Of a DNA stretch of 64,000 nt, positions 1 to 9,508 are shown piece by piece (position 1 is the first letter of the stretch; each line of letters starts with the position of its first letter). Both the position numbers and the translations under genes were made by a program. The notes beneath the pieces were generated by a model. That model saw only the letters and a program-made list of their open reading frames with translations. It was not told where the DNA came from and searched no databases. Origin of the DNA: Escherichia phage LHE287; the sequence record PP761450.1; one strand, written 5' to 3'.

Positions 1-422
1 GAGACGTCCTTGAACTTGCAGGCGACATATGCTTCATCGGGGCTGAGGGGTTCATTCGCCTGATGCGCGAGGGTGCCAAGCGGAATATTGATGAGTTCAA
101 GCGCCGCCCGGTTCCCGATGACTGGCGACCGAACTTTATCATCAGGGTGGCGCAAGGCAACCATGACAGCTTCAAGATGTTGATGAAGCTGTATCAAGAG
201 GGATGGATTAGCTCCTTTGGTGCGATGTATGAGCGTGATACTCCGGTTGGTCGTGTGCTGACCACTCACGTTCCTTATCAATTAGACCGCTGGGCGTATA
301 ATATCCATGGTCATCTTCACGAAAATATTCGCGAAGAGCGCGAATACCTGAACTGTAGTTGGGAACAGTTCAAGCGCCCTGTAACCCTGTCTGAGTTGTT
401 ATACACCAATCTGGGGATTTGA
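1..422 (+). CDS. Calcineurin-like metallophosphoesterase, C-terminal fragment (5' end upstream of window)
   Basis: Frame is open from the window edge with no stop before the first ATG at 63; GNHD and HGHLH motifs match the late metal-binding motifs of calcineurin-like phosphoesterases. Confidence 0.5.
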   Translation, partial: DVLELAGDICFIGAEGFIRLMREGAKRNIDEFKRRPVPDDWRPNFIIRVAQGNHDSFKMLMKLYQEGWISSFGAMYERDTPVGRVLTTHVPYQLDRWAYNIHGHLHENIREEREYLNCSWEQFKRPVTLSELLYTNLGI

Positions 423-425
423 AAT

Positions 426-743
426 ATGAAAATTTATTTTCCTGGCCAAAAAGTGCCTTCTGAAGTGCAGAAGGTCACAATCACAGGCTACCGGAAAGGG
501 GATCCATATCTGCGCTTCTCCTCTCCATGTATCGTGAAGCAAACTAAAACGGGTTATTATATCAGGCCGATTGTGTTGATGGGCTGTGTAATGACATTCA
601 GAGCTTCCTGTGAACACGTTCTTATACAAGGAAGTCCGAACATCGAAGGTGGAGAAACCCACATGAACTGCAAGCCGATTATCCCGACATGGTTGATTAT
701 TGGTGTGCTTTCCGTTTTGGCTCTGAAAGGAGTATTGTCATGA
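426..743 (+). CDS. Hypothetical protein
   Basis: ORF whose stop overlaps the next start (ATGA at 740-743); no recognisable motifs; weak RBS. Confidence 0.35.
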   Translation: MKIYFPGQKVPSEVQKVTITGYRKGDPYLRFSSPCIVKQTKTGYYIRPIVLMGCVMTFRASCEHVLIQGSPNIEGGETHMNCKPIIPTWLIIGVLSVLALKGVLS

Positions 744-1078
744 AAAAGCCGCGTATTACAGGACACCAACTCTTGGTTCTCTACGGGATGGAGAACTTTG
801 AGAAAGGTCATTGCCGTTATGGTGAATGGTACTTGCATCCCAAATCCTGGACCAATGACAAGGGCAACACCGTCTGGACGTTCCAGGTATGCCCGAACAC
901 TGGTGGTTTCACCTCCGTCAAAGGTGACCCATGGGACACCCGCACTGGGGCTTCCCTGTTGTCCAAAGGGTTGATCGAACCAGCTGGCTCAATGGTTCAT
1001 GACGGTTCTTACGTGAACTGGCCGAACACTGAGGTGACGTTCTATCGCCTGACCGAACTCGGTAAATCTTATCTCTGA
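740..1078 (+). CDS. Hypothetical protein
   Basis: ATG at 740 preceded by GAAAGGAG; the longer track ORF from 689 starts inside the previous gene. Confidence 0.5.
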   Translation: MKKPRITGHQLLVLYGMENFEKGHCRYGEWYLHPKSWTNDKGNTVWTFQVCPNTGGFTSVKGDPWDTRTGASLLSKGLIEPAGSMVHDGSYVNWPNTEVTFYRLTELGKSYL

Positions 1079-1101
1079 ATAAAGATTCAGCGGTTATTGA
1101 A

Positions 1102-1130
1102 GAAGGGGGAGTATATACTTCCCTTCGTTT
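1102..1130 (+). terminator. Putative intrinsic terminator (GC stem around an AGTATATACT palindrome, then T-rich tail)
   Basis: Inverted repeat GAAGGG...CCCTTC followed by GTTTATT directly after the stop at 1078. Confidence 0.35.
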
Positions 1131-1147
1131 ATTAAGAGGAACCGGAA

Positions 1148-1462
1148 ATGACCCCATTAAAAGAAATGTATGAGCGTCTGGCTGAACTACAGGCGAAGGA
1201 AAAGCGCTTCTCAGAAGAAGAGACAGAGCTGTCCGAGCTGAACACTTTGATCGCCACTCGTGAGAAGTACCTGCAGCGCTACATTAATCACCCGCCGCGC
1301 ATGGTAGACCGCGTCAGCACTATCATGGACCTGGATGAAGTTACTCCTGGCAAAGAAATCATTGTCAGGGAAGTCCACCAGATGGTCGCCATGGGTCAGA
1401 TCTTTGGTCGTGCAGACCAAGACGACATGATCTTCCTCCTTGAAAAGAAACTGGTGATGTGA
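1148..1462 (+). CDS. Hypothetical protein
   Basis: ATG preceded by AAGAGGAA; ATGA overlap with the downstream deaminase gene. Confidence 0.5.
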   Translation: MTPLKEMYERLAELQAKEKRFSEEETELSELNTLIATREKYLQRYINHPPRMVDRVSTIMDLDEVTPGKEIIVREVHQMVAMGQIFGRADQDDMIFLLEKKLVM

Positions 1463-1968
1463 TGGCTATCAAACCCCGTATGTTATTTGCGCATATGCGC
1501 TCGGCTCATGCATACGCTCTGTCCAGCTATGCCCAGCGCCTGAAGGTTGGCTGTGTTATCGTTGACCCGCGTGTTGACCAACCCCTGTCTATCGGTTGGA
1601 ACGGGACTGCTCCTGGCGCTCCTAATGTCTGTGAGAAGGAAGTAGACGGTCAACTGGTATCGGTGGGTGTTATCCACGCCGAGGAGAATGCTCTGAGCAA
1701 ACTCCCCCAGCACACTGAAGACTGTTGTGGTCTGGTGATGTTTGTCACTCATAGTCCATGCCCAGAGTGCACCCGTCGTATTATCGACAGTGGCAAGATC
1801 GCTAAAGTGTTCTACGACCGACCATATCGTATCATAGACGGCATTATTGAAATGCTGGATGCTGGGATTGAAGTATATCGCATGGTCGATCAGATTGTTG
1901 TAGTCCAGCATTCTGTGAAGAACGGCGAACTGGTATCCACCCCTGTTTTAGTGAACCCTGACAAATAA
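1459..1968 (+). CDS. cd: dCMP deaminase (cytidine/deoxycytidylate deaminase family)
   Basis: Zinc-binding deaminase motifs HAEENAL and SPCPEC; size close to T4 Cd. Confidence 0.85.
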   Translation: MMAIKPRMLFAHMRSAHAYALSSYAQRLKVGCVIVDPRVDQPLSIGWNGTAPGAPNVCEKEVDGQLVSVGVIHAEENALSKLPQHTEDCCGLVMFVTHSPCPECTRRIIDSGKIAKVFYDRPYRIIDGIIEMLDAGIEVYRMVDQIVVVQHSVKNGELVSTPVLVNPDK

Positions 1969-1977
1969 GGAATTATC

Positions 1978-2385
1978 ATGCGTTATGTAGATCGTATGCT
2001 CGGCAAAGACGAGCACGTTATTGCCTTCACCCGCCCGACTTGGTGGAGCGGTTTTTGGATTTACGTTCTGGTTATTTTAACGTTTATCCCAACATTTGGA
2101 TTCAGCTTGTTATTTCTGATACCAACAATTTTAAATGTATTGACAACTGAATTCGCTGTGACTAACAAGCGCGTCATCGTCAAACGTGGTTTCATCCGTC
2201 GTGATGCTGATGAGTTGCGCATTGGTAAGGTGGAGACAGTGAAGGTTGATCAGTCCATCACAGGCCGCATCTTGGGCTTCTCAACAATCAGCGTGATCGG
2301 TACGGGCGGCACCCACCTGCTGGCCAAGGGTTGTGCTGGTGGTAATGCGTTCCGCCAGAAGATCTACGATCACCTAGAAGACTGA
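1978..2385 (+). CDS. Membrane protein with bacterial PH-like domain (YdbT/DUF304-like)
   Basis: Two N-terminal hydrophobic helices followed by the KRVIVKRGFIRRD...ETV pattern typical of bPH_2 domains. Confidence 0.5.
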   Translation: MRYVDRMLGKDEHVIAFTRPTWWSGFWIYVLVILTFIPTFGFSLLFLIPTILNVLTTEFAVTNKRVIVKRGFIRRDADELRIGKVETVKVDQSITGRILGFSTISVIGTGGTHLLAKGCAGGNAFRQKIYDHLED

Positions 2386-2387
2386 TC

Positions 2388-2600
2388 ATGATCATTTCAG
2401 GTTACACCATCGATCTTTATTGTGAATGCTCAGATTGCAAGGCATGCAGTTGGGCTTGGGAAGAGCATCACCCCAAGTGCGGGTTCAAACAATACACTGG
2501 TGAGACTTGGGGTGAGTGTGTCAAACAGGCGCGAGTAGACGGCTGGCAAATCGGGCGCGACAGGCATACCTGCTACGCCCCTGGCCACAAAAGAAGTTAA
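2388..2600 (+). CDS. Small Cys-rich protein
   Basis: 70-aa ORF with six Cys and one His spaced like a zinc-binding module. Confidence 0.4.
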   Translation: MIISGYTIDLYCECSDCKACSWAWEEHHPKCGFKQYTGETWGECVKQARVDGWQIGRDRHTCYAPGHKRS

Positions 2601-3211
2601 GGTAATAGAAGTCCATCATCCCGCTCCGTTGGGGCGGGTTTAATCTCCTTCCGCATCTGTTCCTTCAGCACCCTGACACGCTCAGCATGTCGGCGATCTT
2701 GCATCTCCATATCCCGTTTCTTTTTCGACTTCAGCTCAAACTGTTTACGAACATCCGGATCTTCACCTGGAACAAGATGCTCTTCGGTCCAGATAATGAA
2801 CTTCCAGTTCTTCTTGGCACACAGTTCGCGGGTGGCCTCCCACTTGGCAGAGTTGACCAACCAGGTTCGCATCGCATTGTTGAATGTCGACTCCTTCATG
2901 TTCGGAGTCTTCTTCGGCTGCTTGATCTGGTCTTTGGGCTTGATCTCAATGAGGGTGACCTGTAGTTCCTCTTGCCCTTCACGGCGCGTCCAGACCTTGA
3001 GGTCCATGAAGTAACGATGGGTGCGCCCGTCGACTGGGGAAATGTAAGGGATTACGGTCTCCTCACTAGACCACTTCACTATCGCGGAGTTCATATCACA
3101 GAACTTGAAAGCCACCAACTCCAGCGAAGAGCGGAAGATGATGTTATTCACATTCCCCTGATACTTCTTGGGATTAACTGGGGTGTACTTCCCCTGAAGA
3201 TAGTTGCTCAT
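2597..3211 (-). CDS. Hypothetical protein, possibly head completion nuclease-like (gp4 family)
   Basis: 204-aa ORF; N-terminal YxG..NIIFRSSLE and HRYFMDL motifs resemble phage head-completion nuclease proteins; function uncertain. Confidence 0.5.
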   Translation of the reverse strand: MSNYLQGKYTPVNPKKYQGNVNNIIFRSSLELVAFKFCDMNSAIVKWSSEETVIPYISPVDGRTHRYFMDLKVWTRREGQEELQVTLIEIKPKDQIKQPKKTPNMKESTFNNAMRTWLVNSAKWEATRELCAKKNWKFIIWTEEHLVPGEDPDVRKQFELKSKKKRDMEMQDRRHAERVRVLKEQMRKEIKPAPTERDDGLLLP

Positions 3212-3261
3212 AATCTAGTCCTAAATAGCCATAACACTCTATCTATTTAAGGGCTGAGACC

Positions 3262-4230
3262 ATGGCCGACTTCAAGAAGACAATCGATAAGATCAAGGTT
3301 CTGAACACGAAGGGATTGTCCCAGGCTCAGAAGCAATTGTCTTATCCCCTGGACGTCACTGGGGGTAAGACCTTGGGACACTATGTCCTATTCAACATCA
3401 ACCGTATCTCCGGTTCATCTTATGGCAACACGGCTACTCAGACTATCGAGAACCCAATACAGAACCCTCTGGGGAATACTCCTGTGGTCTATGGGTCCAA
3501 GTCTGGTTCCATCACCAAATATGCATGGGCGCGCCACGTTCGTTCAAACGAGTCTATCGTACTTTGTATGCCCGAGTCCATTACAACCAACTATGGTGTT
3601 GGCTGGAACGGTAGCGAGCTGGGGTTGGCTGGTATGGGGGCACAGTTCCTTTCCCGCGCCGCCCAAGACATGACTCAGTTTAAACTGGGTGATGCGCTCA
3701 ACGTCGGGAAGGAGATGGGGCGATTCGCTGCCACCAAGGCTATCCAATCTGCGTCGGAGGCTATTCCATTCCTGCCGAGCATTAACGCCCATGACACCCT
3801 TGAGTTGTTCACAGGCACCATGACCAACCCATATGTGGAGATGATCTTCCAGGGTGTTCGCAACCGTGAGATTCCATTTACATTCAAATTCACGCCGCGA
3901 TCTCAGAAGGAAGCCAAGATGGTCCGTGAGATCATCCGCATGTTCAAGATGCACATGTACCCAGAGTACAAGTACAACAAGAATTCCAGCGCGTTTTACT
4001 TGCATCCTTCAACATTCGACATTACGTTCATGGTCAATGGGGAGCGTAACCAGTGGCTGCACCGCATCTCCACTTGTGTGCTTTCCAACATGTTCGTCAA
4101 CGAGACGCCGGACAGTTCATATGCGGTTCACAAAGATGATGGTATCGTGTCCACGCAGGTTGACATGACCTTCATCGAACTGGAGCCTCTGCATAAAGGG
4201 CGCTTTGAAACCGAAGGCGATAGCTTCTAA
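3262..4230 (+). CDS. Virion structural protein, probably baseplate/tail-tube junction (gp48/gp54-like)
   Basis: 322-aa ORF heading a co-directional block that ends in a tape-measure-like gene; size matches T4 gp54; no enzymatic motifs. Confidence 0.5.
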   Translation: MADFKKTIDKIKVLNTKGLSQAQKQLSYPLDVTGGKTLGHYVLFNINRISGSSYGNTATQTIENPIQNPLGNTPVVYGSKSGSITKYAWARHVRSNESIVLCMPESITTNYGVGWNGSELGLAGMGAQFLSRAAQDMTQFKLGDALNVGKEMGRFAATKAIQSASEAIPFLPSINAHDTLELFTGTMTNPYVEMIFQGVRNREIPFTFKFTPRSQKEAKMVREIIRMFKMHMYPEYKYNKNSSAFYLHPSTFDITFMVNGERNQWLHRISTCVLSNMFVNETPDSSYAVHKDDGIVSTQVDMTFIELEPLHKGRFETEGDSF

Positions 4231-4241
4231 GAGAGGATGCC

Positions 4242-4796
4242 ATGAAATATTTTGAGAAGTTTCCACTTGTTTGGCATCAATTGCAAGATGTCCAAGAGAA
4301 TGATCAGGTGCTGTTACAGAATTTAACGCGCCGGGTGATGATCTTACAGAAAATTAAGGACATCGAAGGGCTTCTCCTGCCGTATACGATCCAAGATGGG
4401 GAAACCCCAAGGTCTTTCGCAGAACGCGTTTACGGATCCTTCGAGTTGTTTTGGATACCTTGTCTGATAAACGGCATCATGGACATCAATAAGGACTGGC
4501 CGAAACCGGAACGCCGTATTGTTGAAGAACTGACTGCAGATTACGGCATCGATGGTATGTGGGATACAGCCTATTATGTCGACCAGTTCAACAATGTGAC
4601 CGACGCCCGTGCTATCAAATTTGCATATAACCTAGACCTGGATGAACCGTCCATAATTGCTAACTATGGTCTGACGGCAGTTTCATATCATGATGATGCA
4701 ATCAGTAAGAATGAAGCCAAACGGAACATCCAAGTACTCGACCCAGATTATGTGTCTTCGTTTGTCAATCAGCTGGAGCAGGAGTTGGCGAAATGA
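4242..4796 (+). CDS. Baseplate-associated protein with LysM-like segment
   Basis: YTIQDGETPRSFAERVYGSFELFWI resembles the LysM-like motif of P2 gpX-type baseplate proteins; tightly packed with neighbours. Confidence 0.45.
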   Translation: MKYFEKFPLVWHQLQDVQENDQVLLQNLTRRVMILQKIKDIEGLLLPYTIQDGETPRSFAERVYGSFELFWIPCLINGIMDINKDWPKPERRIVEELTADYGIDGMWDTAYYVDQFNNVTDARAIKFAYNLDLDEPSIIANYGLTAVSYHDDAISKNEAKRNIQVLDPDYVSSFVNQLEQELAK

Positions 4797-6181
4797 TCGA
4801 AAACAGAGAGACCCAAGACGGTATTGTAACACCGTCAACAACATTTGACCTGAAGTATATGGCGATACTCCCTCATACACCCCAGGGTGGATCACCAACG
4901 CCATATGACCTGACGGCGTTGTTTGAGGAGTTCAATGTCTTCCAGGATCTGGGTCTTGAAGGGAAGTCATCTCCATCACTTACAGCCAATGTCTTGATAA
5001 AAGAGGGGTGGGACATTCTTGACACAATGCCTATCTTGGGTGGCGAAGAAGTTGTGGTGTCATTCAAGAGTCCGGCGGCCTCGGAATACACCACTCTCTC
5101 CCTGCGCGTAGCGCGTGTTGGGCGCGTAGCTGATGAGTCCAACAGCTCGTCCAAGAAAGCATTCTGGTTGCACATGGTGACCACCGATGCCTATAAGGAC
5201 AGCATGATCCGATGCTCCCTCGGTCTTGACGGTTCGTATTCTGACATGGCGAAGACAATCTTCAATCAGCTGGAGTCGCGCACCAAGTTCGAAGACATCG
5301 ACCCGTCATATGGAATTCAAGAGCGGTTCGCCACCCCTCTCTGGCCTGTGCTGCGATCTATTGATTATATGGCGAGCCGTTCTTATGACGAATTGTTCAT
5401 GCCATTCGTGTTCTATGAAGACTTCAATGGCTATCACTTCAAGAGCCTGACGACGTTGTTCAACCAGGGCAGCCAGTCATTGACAGCAGAAGAGAAGCAG
5501 GAACTAGCTCAGCAGAACAAGTTGTTCCGTGATCCTCAGGACGCGCCGCTCATGCAGGATAACAACTTCAACTCTGAGCGCTTTATGCGCACGATCATCA
5601 AGGCAGAGAAGAAGCTGGCGCGTGACCAGTTCATGGCAAACTACCGCGATGTCCTGGCGGTGAACGAGCGCGTCTACGACTTTGAGACCAAGACAGTCAC
5701 CCCAACACAGCGCATCTATACTGAGTGGTTTGCAGAGACGGCTCACCTTGATCCGTTCCCGATGTTCTCAGATGAATTCAATCGTCAGAACGTCCGTTAC
5801 ATTGAAGCCCAGCCGGATGGAGCGGAGCAGATTGATTATGCTCGTCGTGTTATCAACTTCAGTCTTGCCAGCACTGTGATGCGCGTGTTGCTCGTTGGTG
5901 ATAACCGCCTGAACGTCGGTCAGGTGTTCTACGTCGAAGACCAGTCCAACCGTCCTAAGAAGAACGAAAACTTGGCAGAGTTAAGTAAGCTATCGACAGG
6001 CCACTATATCGTGACCAAAGTGCGTCACAAGATTTCCCGCCTGACCAAAGATTATCAGTGCATCGCTGAGATTGCCAAGGACAGTTTGCTGGAGCAGGTG
6101 CTTCCACCTCAGACCAATCAGACAACTGCTTCCACCACTACTCCTCAGGCGATTGAGAAAGGCCAAGCACAGAAGGTTTAA
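4793..6181 (+). CDS. Baseplate hub protein candidate (gp27/gpD-like)
   Basis: 462-aa ORF overlapping the upstream gene stop; position between the LysM-like and tape-measure-like genes. Confidence 0.45.
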   Translation: MIENRETQDGIVTPSTTFDLKYMAILPHTPQGGSPTPYDLTALFEEFNVFQDLGLEGKSSPSLTANVLIKEGWDILDTMPILGGEEVVVSFKSPAASEYTTLSLRVARVGRVADESNSSSKKAFWLHMVTTDAYKDSMIRCSLGLDGSYSDMAKTIFNQLESRTKFEDIDPSYGIQERFATPLWPVLRSIDYMASRSYDELFMPFVFYEDFNGYHFKSLTTLFNQGSQSLTAEEKQELAQQNKLFRDPQDAPLMQDNNFNSERFMRTIIKAEKKLARDQFMANYRDVLAVNERVYDFETKTVTPTQRIYTEWFAETAHLDPFPMFSDEFNRQNVRYIEAQPDGAEQIDYARRVINFSLASTVMRVLLVGDNRLNVGQVFYVEDQSNRPKKNENLAELSKLSTGHYIVTKVRHKISRLTKDYQCIAEIAKDSLLEQVLPPQTNQTTASTTTPQAIEKGQAQKV

Positions 6182-6192
6182 CGAGGTGACCC

Positions 6193-8139
6193 ATGGCACA
6201 GGAAGCAACGAACAATGATGTTGTCAAAGTTCTAGACAAGATCAAGGCGGAGATGATGCAGCGCAAACAACTCCGCGCTCAGAATGAAACCAACAAACAG
6301 CTTGACCGGATGAACAAGAATCTGGCCAAGCTGGAATCTGCCACCAAACAGGGCACCAAGGCCGAGTCCAAGCCATTTGAAATCCGTATCCCGACAGTCA
6401 ATGAGATCGTCATGGGATTCGCTCGCATGTCTCCGATCTTCACCCGCGACTTCAGCGTATGGATGAAGGATACTGTCGATGTGGGTAACGAAGGCAATCG
6501 GGAACTGGAGAATATCGCAGGCAAGATTGACCGCCTCGGTGAGATCACCCGCATGCCAACAGATGACACGTCCCTAGAGTATCTTAACCTGATCTCAGAC
6601 CAGCTGAAGTCTGCCAATGATGACACCCTCAAGCGCATGGACGAGCAGAGTGTGTCTCTGGTCCGCGTGGGATCATTCTTGAACATGATCGACGGAGTGA
6701 TGATCGAGGTTCGTGACGATGTTGCTGAACTGAAAAAGAACTCCGATGCCACCCTTACTCGCTTGTCTAGCATTGAAAACAAGATTGGGCGCACGGGCGG
6801 TCATATCGTTGGAGTGCTGACACGCATCTTTGATGAAGACCAGAAGTGGCGTGAGAAGGACGAGATGCGCCGTGGGGAAACCGACAAAGAAACGGGTGGT
6901 CATCCTCAGGCGGGTTCTGTTATACCCAAAGACGATGACCAGAAAGACGATTCCTCCGGTATCGGGGCTGCTGTGGCGGCCATGCTTGGCCTGAATGCAC
7001 TGAAGGGCTTCTTGCTCAAGCCGTTCAAGATCATCGGTGGTGTTGTCGGGACTTTCCTCGGCATGTTCTCCAAGCTGGGAGAAGGTATCACCAAACTTCT
7101 GGGTCCATTTGGGAAGGTGTTCAAGTTCCTGAAAGTCGGCCCACTGGCTCTCCTGTCTATGATCTGGGACTTCGGTAAAGGCTTCATTGATGCGAAGGAG
7201 ATCCTGGGTAAAGGTGCTGTCACGATAGTTGACCGAGTACGGGCGGGGATATCAGAACTGGTTGGTGGATTTGGTGATCTATTTGACTGGGTGTCCAAGA
7301 TCTTTGGCTTTGATACCGAGGCGGGTGAAACCCTGCGCAAATACACCCTCATGATCACTGAGGCTCCCGCTCGTTGGCTGAATGGTATTATCGACTGGAT
7401 TAGCAACGACTTGTTTGCAGGGATCGGGAGAGACACGTCTCTTACGGATATCCCTGGCAAGTTAGCAGACAACCTACAGTCCGAGTTGATAAAGCTGGTA
7501 GACTGGATCACAGGGGGTATCAGTAGTGTGATCGACGAGGGCATGGGTGTGGCCAACAAGGTCATTGACGAAATCAAGAAGGGATTTGCCGAAAATGTGA
7601 AGAAACCTTTCTTCAACATGCTGAACACAATCACCAATGCGATGTTCGATATCGTTGACAAGTTCGTCAGCATCATCCCTGACGCTCTGGGTGGACAGGC
7701 TGCGAAGCAGAAGATGGATGAGGCTCGCCAGTCTATGCTGATTGACACTGATGAGAATCCGTCTCCTAATGTGACAGAGACCCAGCAGCCACAGACGCCA
7801 GCACAACCGAACATCGATCCACAAACGCTGACTCCAATACCTTCTGGTGCGTCTTCGGATGACAAGAATATGACTAATGACCGCACCTCTCAGCTGAAAG
7901 CTGCGTATGGTTCTATCGGGGGTGGTACTCTGGGTGGGGCCATGCCATCACAAGGGAGGGCGCTGTCTAATATTGAGCAAGTACAAGGCGGCTATTCACC
8001 GCCTCCGGCCAGCGTCGTGATGCCAGTACAGCAGAATGTGGATGCTTCTAAGAGGATCAACACGACCAATAACTTCAACAGCTCATATCTTGAGCCTGAG
8101 AACAAAACAGATAATTCCCGCATCCTGTGGGAATGGTAA
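6193..8139 (+). CDS. Tape-measure-like / baseplate hub protein (gp29-like)
   Basis: 648 aa; coiled-coil-rich N-terminus, Gly-rich hydrophobic core (GIGAAVAAMLGLNALKG...GGVVGTFLGMF), Pro/Gln-rich C-terminus. Confidence 0.5.
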   Translation: MAQEATNNDVVKVLDKIKAEMMQRKQLRAQNETNKQLDRMNKNLAKLESATKQGTKAESKPFEIRIPTVNEIVMGFARMSPIFTRDFSVWMKDTVDVGNEGNRELENIAGKIDRLGEITRMPTDDTSLEYLNLISDQLKSANDDTLKRMDEQSVSLVRVGSFLNMIDGVMIEVRDDVAELKKNSDATLTRLSSIENKIGRTGGHIVGVLTRIFDEDQKWREKDEMRRGETDKETGGHPQAGSVIPKDDDQKDDSSGIGAAVAAMLGLNALKGFLLKPFKIIGGVVGTFLGMFSKLGEGITKLLGPFGKVFKFLKVGPLALLSMIWDFGKGFIDAKEILGKGAVTIVDRVRAGISELVGGFGDLFDWVSKIFGFDTEAGETLRKYTLMITEAPARWLNGIIDWISNDLFAGIGRDTSLTDIPGKLADNLQSELIKLVDWITGGISSVIDEGMGVANKVIDEIKKGFAENVKKPFFNMLNTITNAMFDIVDKFVSIIPDALGGQAAKQKMDEARQSMLIDTDENPSPNVTETQQPQTPAQPNIDPQTLTPIPSGASSDDKNMTNDRTSQLKAAYGSIGGGTLGGAMPSQGRALSNIEQVQGGYSPPPASVVMPVQQNVDASKRINTTNNFNSSYLEPENKTDNSRILWEW

Positions 8140-8799
8140 TCAGACTCCGTGAGCTTGTATTAGCTCACGGAGTCTCTGTTTTGAATATGTGGTATCCTCA
8201 TCCGGAACCACAGCATTCGTCTTCCTGAGCAAGAACGCCTCTGAGTTCCAGTAGATGTCATCACGCAGAATCGTATCGTATAGATGAATGAAACCAACGA
8301 TCTTGTTCAGACCGACAAGGAACCAAATCGGGAACTTCTTGATGATGATGTCTGTCAGCAACGGTGGATGTCCTGTACCCGTCCCCTTGATGTACTCAAT
8401 GAAGGTGCAGTTGCGCTCCCTTATGGCAGGGATCATCTCCCGCTCGAACTCCTCAAGGAAGTTATATGTGAAGTTCTCGTACAGCTTACGGTATTCATCA
8501 TAATTGGCCTGAGCCTGGCGTGTAAGCAATGTCGTCACCCAGGTCTTGGGTGATTTGATGAAGTTGGCAATGATGTAGTTCTCTACCACTTCACCCTGTG
8601 ATGACTCGAACCGACGGGCAAGGCGAGCAAACTGTTTGCACACGGCCTCCTTCGCCAAGAACGTCTCGAACTTGTAATTCATCGGCCCATACAAGCTGTA
8701 ATCGAAGTCCTTAGTGGTGAAGTGCAGCTTGATCGCCATGAAGACACAGTAAACGTTGAACGCCCGCTCGAACTCCATCTTCTGCCACTCTGTTAGCAT
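8140..8799 (-). CDS. 59: Helicase loader gp59-like
   Basis: 219 aa versus 217 in T4 gp59; similar hydrophobic/aromatic pattern incl. the W-N-x-E...LR C-terminal block. Confidence 0.6.
   Translation of the reverse strand: MLTEWQKMEFERAFNVYCVFMAIKLHFTTKDFDYSLYGPMNYKFETFLAKEAVCKQFARLARRFESSQGEVVENYIIANFIKSPKTWVTTLLTRQAQANYDEYRKLYENFTYNFLEEFEREMIPAIRERNCTFIEYIKGTGTGHPPLLTDIIIKKFPIWFLVGLNKIVGFIHLYDTILRDDIYWNSEAFLLRKTNAVVPDEDTTYSKQRLRELIQAHGV
8141..8178 (+). terminator. Intrinsic terminator hairpin (13-bp stem) after the tape-measure-like gene, embedded in the 3' end of convergent gp59
   Basis: AGACTCCGTGAGC / GCTCACGGAGTCT stem, then TTTTG. Confidence 0.5.
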
Positions 8800-9047
8800 T
8801 TGCGTTCCTCTTCTTTAATAAACTGCAATAACTCTTCCATCAGCCCTTTCTTCTTGATGAACTGTAACACCAGGATGAAGCGACGGAAGGAGCGGGGGAC
8901 AACACGATAACCCTTCGCCCAGTAGTTCACAACATTAGAACAATCCAATAAACGAGCCAGCCCAGATTGTGACACCCCGAGGCTCAGCAGAACCTTGTAC
9001 ATGTACTTCTTGTCATTTACCGGAAGCTCTTTCATTCTTAAACTCAT
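8793..9047 (-). CDS. Small HTH DNA-binding protein
   Basis: SQSGLARLLDCSNVVNYWAKG helix-turn-helix-like segment. Confidence 0.4.
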   Translation of the reverse strand: MSLRMKELPVNDKKYMYKVLLSLGVSQSGLARLLDCSNVVNYWAKGYRVVPRSFRRFILVLQFIKKKGLMEELLQFIKEEERKC

Positions 9048-9270
9048 GATACTTGTCCGCTAATGTCTTGTAATATTTGTTAGGATTATACTCCTGTTTG
9101 GAATAGTGAAGAGTAAGGGAAGCACTCAGACCTAGGATAATCACGACAACGAGCGCCTTGTGGTTATTGATCTCGGGAATAGCTATCCACACCAGCAACA
9201 ACACAAGCGAGCTGATAATCAAGGACAGTAAGAACGTTAATGCAATCACCAATGCGAATAGCTCGTCCAT
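9013..9270 (-). CDS. Small membrane protein (two TM helices)
   Basis: ATG start; two long hydrophobic stretches; overlaps neighbour, so uncertain. Confidence 0.35.
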   Translation of the reverse strand: MDELFALVIALTFLLSLIISSLVLLLVWIAIPEINNHKALVVVIILGLSASLTLHYSKQEYNPNKYYKTLADKYHEFKNERASGK

Positions 9271-9274
9271 CAGA

Positions 9275-9508
9275 TCACACCTCTTTGTGATTCTTCATCT
9301 TGCGGACAGTGCCCACAAACCCAAGATCCTTCCCGCAATGGGTGCAGATAGCATGGCAAGCATGGTTCTCACGATAGGTGCTGTGTTTGCAGCGCCATTG
9401 CTTGAACGCCGAACGGGCAACTGGGATCAAGGCGATCAAGAAGACGATGCCGGATATCTGAAGTTCAACCAAGAACTTCGCCCACCAGAAACTCATATAC
9501 TCACCCAT
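9275..9508 (-). CDS. Small membrane protein with C-terminal Cys/His cluster
   Basis: ATG at 9508 with GGAGAAGGG RBS; TM helix then CxH..HxxC..CxxC-like cluster; track start (9598) would lie deep inside the ligase gene. Confidence 0.4.
   Translation of the reverse strand: MGEYMSFWWAKFLVELQISGIVFLIALIPVARSAFKQWRCKHSTYRENHACHAICTHCGKDLGFVGTVRKMKNHKEV

Noticed and set aside
6906-7886. 326-aa antisense ORF inside the tape-measure-like gene, and similar long antisense ORFs (12002-12799, 20447-21097, 37670-38308, 43270-44016, 46739-47506, 49022-49759, 60580-61491)
   Set aside because: Low-complexity, Arg/Ser/Phe-rich translations lying entirely within well-supported genes on the other strand; typical codon-bias shadow ORFs
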